NCBI GenBank assembly: GCA_963829925.1
Contig: CAWHKQ010000015.1
Coordinates: 354,025 to 418,024 of the forward strand
Length of the DNA: 64,000 bases
From: an uncultured Acidobacteriota bacterium
GTDB taxonomy: Bacteria; Acidobacteriota; Thermoanaerobaculia; UBA5066; Gp7-AA6
Direction: 5' to 3'
The translations under genes and the position numbers were made by a program. Below, piece by piece: positions 39,060-50,479 of the stretch (its first letter is position 1; the number at the start of each line of letters is the position of its first letter). The notes beneath the pieces are model-generated. The model was given only the letters and a program-made list of their open reading frames with translations. It searched no databases and was not told the DNA's origin.

Positions 39060-40087
39060 TCAGTACGCCGCGAGCGCGCGTGCGGCTCGGCAGAGCTTTT
39101 CCGAATTCGGGAGGAAGAACTCTTCCAACGGGGGAGAGTACGGCACGGGCGTGTCGGGGGCCGTCACGCGGATCAGCGGGCCGTCGAGGTACTCGAAGCA
39201 GCGCTCGGAGAGGACGGCGGCGATCTCCGCGCCGATGCCTCCGGTGCGCGTGGCCTCGTGGAGAAGAATGGCCTTGTTGGTCTTCGCCACCGACTCGAGC
39301 ACGGTCTCCTCGTCCATCGGGAACAGCGTGCGCAGGTCGACGACCTCCGCGTCGATGCCCTCGGCCTCGAGGGTCCGGGCGGCCTCGAGCGCCGTCCACA
39401 TCATCGCTCCGTACGTGATGATCGAGAGATCCCGGCCCGGCCGGCGGACGATGGCCTTGCCGATCGGGACGATGTAGTCCTCCGTGGGCAGCTCTTCCTT
39501 GATCCGCCGATAGAGAAACTTGTGCTCGAAGAACAGGACGGGATCGTCGTCCCGGATCGCCGCCTTGATCAGCCCCTTTGCGTCGTACGCGGTCGCCGGC
39601 TGGACGACCTTCAGCCCCGGGGTGTGCGAGAAGTACGCCTCGGGATTCTGAGAGTGGAACGGTCCCCCGTGGACCCCGCCGCCGGAGGGGCCGCGGATGA
39701 CCAGGGGCACTCCGACGCCCGTGCGGTAGCGCGACTTGGCCGCGAAGTTCGTGATCATGTCGAACGCGCACGAGATGAAGTCGATGAACTGCATCTCGGC
39801 AACGGGCCGCATCCCCATCATCGCGGCCCCGACGGCCGCGCCCACGATGGCGGTTTCGGCGATCGGCGTGTCGATCACGCGCTCCTCGCCGAATTCCGAG
39901 ATGAGCCCGTCGGTGACCTTGAAGGCGCCGCCGTAGACGCCGATGTCCTCGCCGATCAGGAACACCCGCTCGTCGCGCGCCATCTCCTCGCGCAGGCCCT
40001 CGCGGATCGCGTCGACGTAGGTCGTCTGGCCCTTGCCCGCCGGCGCTGCGGGGTCCGGGCCCCCGAGATGGGGCGCGTCGCTCAGGA
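39060..40087 (-). CDS. 2-oxoacid dehydrogenase E1 component, beta subunit
   Basis: Matches TYVDAIREGLREEMARDERVFLIGEDIGVYGGAFKVT...IDTPIAE...FIDFISCAFD...VDLRTL.PMD. The frame is open up to the E1-alpha stop with no ATG, GTG or TTG. The probable start is a CTG overlapping the TGA (CTGA). Confidence 0.9.
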
Positions 40088-41086
40088 GCGCCTCCGCACG
40101 ATCGCCGGTTCGGCCTCCGGAACGGGGGCGTAGACGCCACGCAGGGCGTCATCGGGCGACGGCATCGGGCTCTTCTCGGCGGCCTCGACCTCCCGGTCCA
40201 CGTCTTCCGCGACGGAGCGGTCGATCGCCGCGATCTCTTCGGCCGTGACGGCGGCGGACGCGACGAGGGCCGCCGCGCACCGCTCGATCGGGTCCTTCCG
40301 GCGCCACTCCTCGAGCTCCTCCTTGGGCACATAGGTCTGGCCGTCGTGCTCCGCGTGGCCCTTCATCCGGTAAGTGATCGCCTCGACCAGCGTCGGGCCG
40401 CCGCCTTCCCGCGCCCGGTCGACGGCCCGGCGGGCCACGTCGTAGACGGCGAACACGTCGTTGCCATCCACCTGCTCGCCGGGAATCCCGTAGGCGACGG
40501 CCTTCGCGACGAGCGTCGGGGCGGCCGTCTGTTTCTTGAAGGGCGTCGAGTAGGCCCAGCCGTTGTTCTCGGCGATGACCACGAGGGGCAGCTTCTGGAC
40601 GGCCGCGAAATTGAGCCCCTCGTGAAAGGCGCCGGTGGACGTGCCGCCGTCGCCGATCCAGGTCATCGTGACCAGGTTCTTCTTCTGCAGGCGTCCGGCC
40701 AGAGCGATCCCCGCCATCACCGGAATGAGGGCGCCGAGCATCGAGATGGGAGAGATCACCCCTCGCTCCGGCCGGCCGAAGTGCAGGTTGCAGTCCTTGC
40801 CGCCCGAGGGCGAGGTTCCGCGCGCCATGTACTGCGTCATCACGTCCCGCGGCGAGTAGCCCATGACGAGGACGACGCCCATGTTGCGGATCAGCGGGCC
40901 GACGATGTCCCCCTTCTGGAGGGCATAGGCGGAGCCGACGGAGGTCGCTTCCTGGCCGAGCGAGCGGTACAGGCCGCCCACGACCTTCCCCTGGCGGTAG
41001 AGGTTGACCAGCCGCTCTTCGACGACGCGGTTCAACCGCATGTAGCGGTACAGCTCCAGCTTCTGTTCGCGCGTCAGATCGGCCAC
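40082..41086 (-). CDS. 2-oxoacid dehydrogenase E1 component, alpha subunit (TPP-dependent)
   Basis: GTG start preceded by GGGAGG. Matches YRYMRLNRVVEERLVNLYRQGKVVGGLYRSLGQEA...WIGDGGTSTGAFHEGLNFAAVQKLPLVVIAENNGWAYSTP...YRMKGH. Confidence 0.9.
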   Translation of the reverse strand: MADLTREQKLELYRYMRLNRVVEERLVNLYRQGKVVGGLYRSLGQEATSVGSAYALQKGDIVGPLIRNMGVVLVMGYSPRDVMTQYMARGTSPSGGKDCNLHFGRPERGVISPISMLGALIPVMAGIALAGRLQKKNLVTMTWIGDGGTSTGAFHEGLNFAAVQKLPLVVIAENNGWAYSTPFKKQTAAPTLVAKAVAYGIPGEQVDGNDVFAVYDVARRAVDRAREGGGPTLVEAITYRMKGHAEHDGQTYVPKEELEEWRRKDPIERCAAALVASAAVTAEEIAAIDRSVAEDVDREVEAAEKSPMPSPDDALRGVYAPVPEAEPAIVRRRS

Positions 41087-41158
41087 GCCGCCTCCCTTGC
41101 AAAGATTATACGAGGCGCCCGGGCGCGGGCCTCCGCGGACGCATATCATCGGATCTTC

Positions 41159-42127
41159 ATGGATCCGTCCGTCTCCGTCGTGATCGCTTCCGACCGCGTG
41201 GGCACGCTCCTGCCGGAGTGCCTGCGGTCTCTCGAGACGCAGGCCGGCGCTGCGCCGTTCGAGGTCCTCGTCGCCTCGCGGGAGGACCCGTCGGCGGAGG
41301 GATTTCCGTTCCCGGTCCGCTGGGTTCCGGTCGACTCGCGCAACCCGGCCCGGCGGCGCAACCGGGCCGCGGCCGAGGCACGCGCGCCCCTCCTCGCGTT
41401 TCTGGACGACGACGCGGCCGCCGAGCCCGGCTGGCTGGCCGCGGGCGCGCGGGCCTGCGCGTCGGCCGAGATCGTGGGGGGCCCGGATCCGGGCCCGAGC
41501 GACGCCCCGTACGCCGAGCGTCTGTCGGACCTGCTTCTGGCCACGCCGTGGATCGGCAGCGGGATCCCGGCCCACGAGTGGAACCCCCGGGGCGGTCCCG
41601 TCCGGTCGGCCCACGACGTCGCGCTCTGCAACCTGTTCGTGCGCCGCGAGACCTTCGAGTCGCTCTCGGGCTTCGACGAGGGCTTCGGCTACATCGGCGA
41701 GGACACCGACTTCGTGCGGCGGGCGCTTTTGCGCGGTGCGCGCGTCGTTTTGGATCCCGCCGTCCGCGTGCGTCACCGGCGGCGCGGGTTCCCCGGCCCG
41801 TACGTCGCCCAGCGCTGGCGCTACCGCGTCAAGACGGGCCGGCTCCTCGTCGAGCGCCCGGGCCTCCACGCGCGCGGACGGGTCGCCGCGTTTCTCGCGG
41901 CGGGTTTCGCGGGCTCGGCCGGCGCGGCGCTCTTCGGCGCGCGGTTTCTCCTGCCGGCCGCGGCGCTCTACGCCCTTTCGACCTGGGCGCTGTCGTTTCC
42001 CCTGTGGCGCCGCGACCCGGCGCTGGCTCCCGCGGTCCCGTTTGCGTTCGCCGTGCACCACCTGACGTACTTCACCGGCCTCCTCGCCGGTATCGCCCGC
42101 GGCGTCGCGGCGGTGGCCGCCCGATGA
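41159..42127 (+). CDS. family 2 glycosyltransferase with a C-terminal membrane segment
   Basis: Matches VSVVIASDRVGTLLPECLRSLETQ...NPARRRNRAAAEARAPLLAFLDDDA...GEDTDFVRRA. The tail is hydrophobic. The stop overlaps the next ATG (ATGA). Confidence 0.8.
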   Translation: MDPSVSVVIASDRVGTLLPECLRSLETQAGAAPFEVLVASREDPSAEGFPFPVRWVPVDSRNPARRRNRAAAEARAPLLAFLDDDAAAEPGWLAAGARACASAEIVGGPDPGPSDAPYAERLSDLLLATPWIGSGIPAHEWNPRGGPVRSAHDVALCNLFVRRETFESLSGFDEGFGYIGEDTDFVRRALLRGARVVLDPAVRVRHRRRGFPGPYVAQRWRYRVKTGRLLVERPGLHARGRVAAFLAAGFAGSAGAALFGARFLLPAAALYALSTWALSFPLWRRDPALAPAVPFAFAVHHLTYFTGLLAGIARGVAAVAAR

Positions 42128-43189
42128 ACAACCTGGAGCTGGCGGCGCACTGGCTGCGGGGCCGGGAGACGCTGCCGCGCTATCTGATCCTCGGAATGAC
42201 CAACCTCTGCAACTCGAAGTGCGTGACGTGCTTCTACTGGGACCACCTGAACGTCAACCGGCACCTCGAGATGCAGCTCGAGGAATACGACCGCGCGCTC
42301 GCCGACCTCGGGTCTCTGTACTCCGTCGTGCTGACGGGCGGTGAGCCGACCTTGAATCGCGAGCTTCCCGACATCACGCGCATCCTCTACCGGCGCCACG
42401 ACGCGTCCAACGTCACGATGCCGACGAATTCGCTGATTCCCGAGCAGGTCGAGGCGATCGTGGCGCGCGTGCTGGAGTCCCGGAAGGACGACCGGCAGAC
42501 CTTCACCGTGGGGCTCTCGCTCGACCACCTGGGCGAGAGGCACGACGTGATCCGCGGAGCGCCGGGGAACTTTCCGAAGGTGATCGAGACCTACGAGCGT
42601 CTGGCCGCGCTCAAGAAAGCCACGCGCGGCTTCACGCTGAACGTCCAGACGGTGCTGGCGTCCTTCAACCGGGACGACCTTCCGGAGATCACCGGGTGGG
42701 TCCGCGACAACTTCCCGGCCATCGACTTCCACTCCTTCGAGCTGCTGCGCCCGCCGTTCCCGGACCCGTCCATCCACCCGCTGACCAACGCCGAGTACGC
42801 CGAGGCCCTCCGATTCCTGAAACCCTACTGGGCCGGATTCGACCAGTACCGCCCGATCCTCCGCAACCTGAAGATCGCCGCCCGCGAGGCGGAGCTCGAG
42901 ACCCTCGAGCAGGAGCGCATGGTCTACAAGTGCTACGCCGGCACGATCTCGGGGGTCCTGAACCCGGAGGGCACGGTCTCGCTGTGCGAGGTCCAGTGGG
43001 AGATCGGCAACATCCGGGACTTCGACTACTCCTTCCGCGAAGGCCTGGTTCTCGGCGAAGGCCGTCGACATGCGCCGCCGCATCGCCGCGCGCGAATGCT
43101 GGTGCACGCACTCCTGCTTCATGACGTCCTCCCTGCCGTTCTCGGTCAAAGGCGCCGCCCACCTGGCCAGGACCGCTCTGCTTCCTTAG
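42124..43189 (+). CDS. radical SAM protein with a SPASM/twitch-like C-terminal Cys cluster (one frameshift near 43040)
   Basis: The CX3CX2C motif is LGMTNLCNSKCVTCF. GGEPTL is present. The C-terminal CYAGTISGVLNPEGTVSLC fits CX12GX4C. The tail in the next frame reads RIAARECWCTHSCFMTSSLPFS. Confidence 0.8.
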
Positions 43190-43237
43190 GCCGTGGCCTG
43201 CACGTCGCTAGCGTTCCATCCGCACTCCGGCTTGAAA

Positions 43238-43262
43238 CTCCGAAGAATCCAGACCTGACCCC
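43238..43262. repeat. half-copy of the dispersed repeat CCGAAGAAT..AGACCTGACCCC
   Basis: 43240-43262 matches 46010-46032 at 21 of 23 positions. Confidence 0.75.
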
Positions 43263-43296
43263 GTCTTTTCCCTGGTCGGTGAACGCGGCGCGCGCG

Positions 43297-43362
43297 TAGC
43301 GAAGGATCAGGCCCGCGGTCGAGCCTGCAGGCGCAGATCCGTAGCGCAGTGCTCGCGACGGT
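43297..43362. repeat. single-arm copy of the palindromic repeat family seen at 60.6-61.0 kb
   Basis: TAGCGAAGGATCAGGCCCGCGGTC (43297-43320) is identical to 60914-60937. GCAGATCCGTAGCG.AG.GCTCGCGACGGT (43333-43362) matches 60979-61008 with 2 mismatches. Confidence 0.8.
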
Positions 43363-43394
43363 AAAAAAAGAGGGGGCCGATTGCTCGGCCCCCC
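43363..43394 (-). terminator. Rho-independent terminator of the BON-domain gene
   Basis: On the minus strand the sequence reads GGGGGGCCGAGCAATCGGCCCCCTCTTTTTTT. That is a GC stem, a 5-nt loop and a T-run, about 35 nt after the stop codon. Confidence 0.8.
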
Positions 43395-43430
43395 GGAGAA
43401 AGCAGCGCTTCCGCGCCGCCGGGATACGGG

Positions 43431-44045
43431 TTACTTCTTGTCGCCGACGACGAGCTTGCTCTCGACGTTCTTGACGCCGGTGGTCTCGCGGGCGAGCTTG
43501 ATCGCCTGATCGATCTCCGCCTGGCTCTTCATGTTGTCGCCCGTCAGGTAGACGACGCCGTTGCGCGTGTCGACGTCGATCTTCAGGCCGCCGACCTGCG
43601 AGTCGCCCAGAAGCTTGGTCTTGACGGCAGCCGTGATCTGCGCATCGTCGACGGTCTGTCCGGCCGACCGATCCGGCTCCGGGTTGGGCGCATTGCCGCC
43701 CGCCGCCGCGTCGCCTTCTCCGCCGGGCGCCGGTGCGCCGCCTTCGCCGGGCATCGCCGCGGAACCGGTTCCCACCGTGATGTTGTTGGCGACGTCGACC
43801 ACGCCGGTGGTCTGACGCGCCAGCTCGGCGGCCCGATCCTTGGCCGCGGCGCTGTCCACGTTGCCCGACAGCGTGACGACCTTCTCCCTGGTATCCACGT
43901 CGATCTGGTAGGCCTTGACGGTGTCGTCGGCAGCCAGCTTGGACTTGACCTTCGTCGTGATGCCGGCATCCGTCTGCGCGCATCCGACTGCGATCACTGC
44001 CGCCGCGAGAAGCCCGAGAAGCCCGAGAAGTGAATGTTTCCTCAT
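43431..44045 (-). CDS. BON-domain (OsmY-like) lipoprotein with two BON domains
   Basis: Lipobox LAAAVIAVGC. Two repeats are present: ITTKVKSKLAADDTVKAYQIDVDTREKVVTLSGNVDS and ITAAVKTKLLGDSQVGGLKIDVDTRNGVVYLTGDN. A Gly/Ala/Pro linker joins them. Confidence 0.85.
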   Translation of the reverse strand: MRKHSLLGLLGLLAAAVIAVGCAQTDAGITTKVKSKLAADDTVKAYQIDVDTREKVVTLSGNVDSAAAKDRAAELARQTTGVVDVANNITVGTGSAAMPGEGGAPAPGGEGDAAAGGNAPNPEPDRSAGQTVDDAQITAAVKTKLLGDSQVGGLKIDVDTRNGVVYLTGDNMKSQAEIDQAIKLARETTGVKNVESKLVVGDKK

Positions 44046-44251
44046 GTCTGTTCCTCTCTTGCCTCGTCCCGACTGGCGGGATCTCGGCGTTTAAACCCCC
44101 CACGCTGCGGGCTTTCCCGGTCGGGCCGGGGTCCCGTCGTACACCAAACCGCGTGGCCTCGGTGCCGTAGTTGCAGGTTTCATGCCGCCTTCCGGGCGGG
44201 CCTTGGGAATCCTGCGGGGAACGGCTATCCTCTGGACGGAGGTAGCGCTCG

Positions 44252-45946
<1,695 letters not shown>

Positions 45947-45947
<1 letters not shown>

Positions 45948-46031
45948 GGTCAGGTCTTCATTTTTGAGTTCTGACGGCGCCCCCACGGAGGCGGCGGGGC
46001 GACGAAAGTCCGAAGAATGAAGACCTGACCC
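45947..46031. repeat. long hairpin repeat element: perfect 16-bp stem (45947-45962 with 46016-46031) and a 53-nt loop
   Basis: GGGTCAGGTCTTCATT pairs with AATGAAGACCTGACCC, read directly. The right arm belongs to the same family as 43240-43262. The element lies between the mutase stop and ribBA. Confidence 0.85.
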
Positions 46032-46069
46032 CCTGAAATCGACTTCCAGTACCGTGAGAAAATAGCCCT

Positions 46070-47281
46070 GTGACTGATAGCCCCTTTAGCTCCATCGAGG
46101 CGGCCGTCGAGGCGCTGCGTGCGGGCAAGTTCGTCGTCGTCGTCGACGACGAGGACCGGGAGAACGAGGGCGACCTCGTCATCGCGGCCGAGAAGGTGAC
46201 GCCCCAGGCGATCAACGCCATGGCGCGCGAGGGTCGGGGGCTCATCTGTCTGGCGCTGACCGAGGAGCGCTGCGACGCCCTCGAGCTGCCCCCGATGGTC
46301 CAGGAGAACACGTCCAACTTCGGCACGGCGTTCACCGTCTCGATCGAGGCACGCGGTCGGACGACGACCGGCATCTCGGCCGCGGACCGGGCCGCCACGG
46401 TCCTGACCGCGATCGATCCGGCGACCCGGCCCTCGGATCTCAATCGTCCCGGCCACATGTTCCCGCTCCGCGCCCAGCGCGGCGGTGTCCTGAAGCGGGC
46501 CGGGCAGACGGAGGCCTCGGTCGACCTGGCGCGGATCGCGGGGCTGGACCCCTCGGCCGTCCTCTGCGAGGTCATGAACGAGGACGGCACGATGGCCCGG
46601 GTCCCGGACCTCGCGAAGTTCTGCGAGCGGATGGGCCTTCTCATGGTCACGGTCGCCGATCTGATCCGCTACCGGATGAAGACGGAGCGGCTGGTCGAGC
46701 GGATCGCGGCCCCGCACCTGCCCACGCGTCTCGGAGACTTCCGGCTGTTTGCCTACCGCAGCGAAGTGACGCACGAGGAGCACCTGGCCCTCGTGCACGG
46801 CGAGATCACGGAGGAGGAGCCGGTCCTCGTCCGCGTGCACTCCCAGTGTCTGACGGGCGACGTGTTCGGCTCGGCGCGATGCGACTGCGGCGAGCAGCTG
46901 GAGCTCGCGATGGAGAGGATCGTCGAGGCGGGCAAGGGCGTCTTCCTCTACCTGCTGCAGGAGGGCCGCGGCATCGGCCTGATCAACAAGCTCAAGGCCT
47001 ACGAGCTGCAGGACCAGGGCCACGACACGGTGTCGGCCAACGAGAAGCTGGGCTTCCCGCCCGACATCCGCAACTACGGCGTGGGCTGCCAGATCCTGCG
47101 CGACCTCGGCGTGCGCAAGATGCGCCTCCTGACCAACAACCCGTCCAAGTACGTGGCCATCGACGGCTACGGCCTCGAGATCGTCGAGCGGGTGCCCCTC
47201 GAGGTCCACCCCACCGACCGTTCGCGCAAATACCTCGAGGCCAAGAAGAACAAGATGGGTCACCTGCTCAAGCTCGTGTAG
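46070..47281 (+). CDS. ribBA: bifunctional 3,4-dihydroxy-2-butanone-4-phosphate synthase / GTP cyclohydrolase II
   Basis: Intact 403-aa ORF. Matches [20 protein letters not shown]...FTVSIEA...TGISAADRA...[24 protein letters not shown]...[21 protein letters not shown]. Confidence 0.95.
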   Translation: MTDSPFSSIEAAVEALRAGKFVVVVDDEDRENEGDLVIAAEKVTPQAINAMAREGRGLICLALTEERCDALELPPMVQENTSNFGTAFTVSIEARGRTTTGISAADRAATVLTAIDPATRPSDLNRPGHMFPLRAQRGGVLKRAGQTEASVDLARIAGLDPSAVLCEVMNEDGTMARVPDLAKFCERMGLLMVTVADLIRYRMKTERLVERIAAPHLPTRLGDFRLFAYRSEVTHEEHLALVHGEITEEEPVLVRVHSQCLTGDVFGSARCDCGEQLELAMERIVEAGKGVFLYLLQEGRGIGLINKLKAYELQDQGHDTVSANEKLGFPPDIRNYGVGCQILRDLGVRKMRLLTNNPSKYVAIDGYGLEIVERVPLEVHPTDRSRKYLEAKKNKMGHLLKLV

Positions 47282-47334
47282 GTCTCCCGTCCCCGCCGAT
47301 TCGCCGATTTTCCGCTTCCCATAAGGAGGAGCTC

Positions 47335-48178
47335 ATGCCCAGGACCTTCGAAGTCATTCCCACCGCCGGGCCCGGCCCGAAGTTCGTTCGCCGGGCGATC
47401 ATCGCGGCCGTGCTGTTCGTCCTGCTCGTCATCGGAGGCCCGATCACGGTTGTGCCCGCCGGGCACGTCGGCGTGAAGGACTTCTTCGGCAGGGTGTCGC
47501 CCAACGTTTTGCCTGCGGGCGTCCACGTCGTCGTGCCGTTCACACGCGTCATCAAGATGTCGATCCAGACCCAGGAGGTGAAGGAGACGACCGAGGTGCC
47601 CTCGAAAGAAGGCCTGATGATGGACCTCGAAGGCTCGCTGCTGTTCAAGCTCGATCCCGCCAAGGCGTCGGACATCTACAGGACGGTCGGCAAGAACTAC
47701 CAGGAGAGAATCGTTCACCCTCAGATCCGCTCGGCCATCCGCGAGGTCACGGCCTCCTATGACGCCAAGGCCCTGTACTCCTCGGAGCGGGAGCAGATCG
47801 CCCGGGAGACTTTCGAGCTCTTCCAGAAGATGGCGAGCGGCCGCGGGCATCGTCGCCGAGGCCGTGCTCCTGCGCAAGATCGGGCTGCCGCCGATCGTCG
47901 CGAACGCCATCCAGGAGAAGCTCAAGCGCGAGCAGGAGGCCGAGCAGATGAAGTTCGTCCTCCAGAAGGAGCAGCAGGAGGCCGAGCGCAAGCGCATCGA
48001 GGCCCAGGGCATCGCCGACTTTCAGAAGATCGTCGCCGCCGGGATTTCGCCGCAGCTGCTGGAGTGGAAGGGCATCGAGGCGACCGAGAAGCTCGCGATG
48101 AGCCCGAACACCAAGATCGTCGTCGTCGGAAATCCGAAGTCGGGGCTGCCGATCATCCTGGGAGGCCAGGACCGGTAG
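47335..48178 (+). CDS. SPFH/Band-7 (prohibitin-family) membrane protein (one frameshift near 47840)
   Basis: AGGAGG RBS. The TM helix is AIIAAVLFVLLVIGGPI. Matches VPAGHVGVKDFFGRV...ASDIYRTVGKNYQERIVHPQIRSAIREV. The next frame reads GIVAEAVLLRKIGLPPIVANAIQEKLKREQEAEQ. Confidence 0.85.
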
Positions 48179-48181
48179 GTC

Positions 48182-48811
48182 TCAGCGCTCGTACCAGCGC
48201 GCCAGCCGCTCCGGGGGAACGCCCAGGAAATACCCGGCCACGACCTTCCAGACGCGGAGGACCTGGCGGAGAGCTCCGCGGTCCCGGTACCGGCGCCCCG
48301 AGGTGACCGTGAGCTCGGGCCGGATGACGAACGAGCCGGTGCGGCGCAGCCGGCGCACGAGGTCGAGGTCGTCGCACACCGGCAGGTCGCGGAAACCTCC
48401 CGCCGCCTCGTACGCGTCGCGGCGGCAGAAGATCCCCTGGTCGCCGAAGGGCAGCCGCAGGAGGCGTGACCGGAGGTTCGCCCACCACGCGATCCGGCGC
48501 AGGGCCGCCGAAGGCGTCGCGTACGCCAGCGAGAACGCCCCCCCGGCCGCGCCTCCGGCGATCGCCCGGCGGATGACCGCGACGGCGTCCTCCGGCGGGC
48601 GCGAGTCGGCGTGCACGAAGAAGAGAATGTCGCCGCGCGCCTTCTCGGCGGCGCTCGCGAGACGGGCGCCGCGGCTCCGGCCGTCGTCGATCGCGAACAG
48701 AATCTCGGAGTCCGGAGGGGAGTCGAATCGGGCGAAGGACGCTGCGGCTTCTGGCGGCTCGTTCTTGATCGGAACGATGACCGAGATCATGAGGTCCCGC
48801 GATGCTAGCAT
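48182..48811 (-). CDS. small GT2-like glycosyltransferase (TIGR04283-like, by recollection); start at 48811 or 48790
   Basis: Matches MISVIVPIKNEP...ILFFVHADSRPPEDAV...GGAFSLAY...LPFGDQGIFCRRDAYEAAGGFRDLPVCDDLDLVRRLRR. Confidence 0.7.
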   Translation of the reverse strand: MLASRDLMISVIVPIKNEPPEAAASFARFDSPPDSEILFAIDDGRSRGARLASAAEKARGDILFFVHADSRPPEDAVAVIRRAIAGGAAGGAFSLAYATPSAALRRIAWWANLRSRLLRLPFGDQGIFCRRDAYEAAGGFRDLPVCDDLDLVRRLRRTGSFVIRPELTVTSGRRYRDRGALRQVLRVWKVVAGYFLGVPPERLARWYER

Positions 48812-48820
48812 CGGCCCCCC

Positions 48821-49411
48821 ATGAAGATCCCGATGCCGGCCGCCGTCCTGGCCGGCGGCGCCTCGAGGCGGATGGGCCGTCCCAAGGCCGCGTTGCCCTA
48901 CGGCGCGTCGACCCTGCTGGAGTTTCAGACGACGCGCCTGTCGGAGATCTTCGAGGAGGTTTTCGTCGTGGCCAAGGAGCCGCCGGGGTTCCCCGCCGGG
49001 CCCGTTCGGATCGTGCTCGACGGCGCGCCGGAGCTCGCGGCCATTCAGGGGCTGATCCGGGCTCTCGAAGAAGCTTCCGACCGGATCTTCGTGCTCGCCG
49101 TCGACCTTCCCGCCCTCCCACAGGCGCTGATCCGGGAGATCGCGCAGCGGAGTCTGGAGAGCCAGGCCCCCGCGTTCCTGCCCCGCTCCGACAAGACGCT
49201 CCAGCCCCTGGCCGGCGTGTGGCGCCGCGCCGCGCTCGATGCCGCGCTGCGCCGCCGGGCGCTCGGCCACCTTTCGTTGACCGGCCTGGCCGACGAGGTC
49301 CGAGCCGAGGTCTTCGAGGAAACCGAGTGGCGCGCGCTCGACCCGTCGCGGATCGCCTTCACGAACCTGAACACGCTCGAGCAGTACGCCGCTCTCCGGG
49401 AGAGAGCGTGA
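48821..49411 (+). CDS. mobA: molybdenum cofactor guanylyltransferase
   Basis: Matches AAVLAGGASRRMGRPKAALPYG...LAVDLPALP...LQPLAGVW. It is followed immediately by moaC with a GTGA overlap. Confidence 0.85.
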   Translation: MKIPMPAAVLAGGASRRMGRPKAALPYGASTLLEFQTTRLSEIFEEVFVVAKEPPGFPAGPVRIVLDGAPELAAIQGLIRALEEASDRIFVLAVDLPALPQALIREIAQRSLESQAPAFLPRSDKTLQPLAGVWRRAALDAALRRRALGHLSLTGLADEVRAEVFEETEWRALDPSRIAFTNLNTLEQYAALRERA

Positions 49412-49944
49412 GCGACACCGAGAAACCCGACTCCCGCAAGCCTCGCCGGCCACGGGGCCGCGCGCCGCTTCGGCGCAGCGTCCTGCACGTCGACGCCCGG
49501 GGCCGCGCGCGCATGGTGGACGTCGGGGAGAAGCGATCGACGCGCCGGGTCGCGGTCGCGCGCGGCGCAGTTGCGATGGGGAAGGCGGCGTTCGACGCCC
49601 TGGCGTCCGGCCGGCTCGCGAAGGGCGACGCGCTGGCGGTCGCCCGAATCGCCGGGATCCAGGCCGCCAAGAGGACCTCCGAAATCATCCCGCTGTGCCA
49701 CCCGCTGGCTCTCGAATCCGTCGACGTGGACGTGGTCCTGGAGCCGGCCCGCCGCGAGGCCGTCGTGACGGCCACGGCCCGGATCACCGGCAAGACCGGC
49801 GTCGAGATGGAAGCGCTGACCGCGGCGGCGGCGGCCTGCCTGGCTCTCTACGACATGGTCAAGGCGCTGGACCGGGGAGCCGTGATCCGCGAAATCCTGC
49901 TCGTCGAGAAGTCGGGGGGCCGCTCGGGCACATATCGGCGCTAG
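49408..49944 (+). CDS. moaC: cyclic pyranopterin monophosphate synthase
   Basis: Matches HVDARGRARMVDVGEK...KGDALAVARIAGIQAAKRTSEIIPLCHPLALESVDV...TGKTGVEMEALTAAAAACLALYDMVKA. Confidence 0.9.
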   Translation: MSDTEKPDSRKPRRPRGRAPLRRSVLHVDARGRARMVDVGEKRSTRRVAVARGAVAMGKAAFDALASGRLAKGDALAVARIAGIQAAKRTSEIIPLCHPLALESVDVDVVLEPARREAVVTATARITGKTGVEMEALTAAAAACLALYDMVKALDRGAVIREILLVEKSGGRSGTYRR

Positions 49945-50005
49945 CCGCTTTCAGGCGGAGCGCTCTGTCGCCCCGCTCCCGGTGACCGTTCGCCGCAGCG
50001 CCTGG

Positions 50006-50371
50006 TCAGTCCTCGATCGACGTGCTCTGCCCGATCCAGAGTCGATTTCCGTCCGGGTCGCTGATTCGAAACTCCGTCAGACCGTAGAAGGTGACGTCGA
50101 GCTCCGGCACGACCAAACCGTTCTTTCGAACCTGCTGGTGATACGCGACGACATCCTCCGGGTACAGATAGAGGATGGAGTCGCGAGATTTGGCCGGGTG
50201 CGCATTGATCGATTGATCCACCATCAGCCGACACTCGTCGAAGCGGAGCATGGCCCAGCCCCACTCGTCCTTTCTCTTTTCGACCTCAAAACCGAGCATC
50301 CCGCAGTAATAGTCGACGCTCGCCGGCATGCTCTTGACCGGCAGCATCGGTATCAATCTGGTCATCTTCAT
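50006..50371 (-). CDS. VOC-family (glyoxalase/bleomycin-resistance fold) protein
   Basis: Intact 121-aa ORF. Matches IPMLPVKSMPASVDYYCGMLGFEV...FRISDPDGNRLWIGQ. Confidence 0.8.
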   Translation of the reverse strand: MKMTRLIPMLPVKSMPASVDYYCGMLGFEVEKRKDEWGWAMLRFDECRLMVDQSINAHPAKSRDSILYLYPEDVVAYHQQVRKNGLVVPELDVTFYGLTEFRISDPDGNRLWIGQSTSIED

Positions 50372-50479
50372 CGAAGCTCCGTTCGTGTTTCGACGTTTTA
50401 CGGGCTGCGCATCAGTCCGGGCGCGAGTCAGGCGGCACGCGAGAAGGTCCTCGTCTCTTCCTCCGTCCTGCGCACACCT

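Noticed and set aside
41105-41110. TATAAT hexamer 18 nt upstream of the E1-alpha GTG as a -10 promoter box
   Set aside because: No convincing -35 element at the proper spacing, and the leader would be very short. A single hexamer is insufficient evidence, so I did not list it as a feature.
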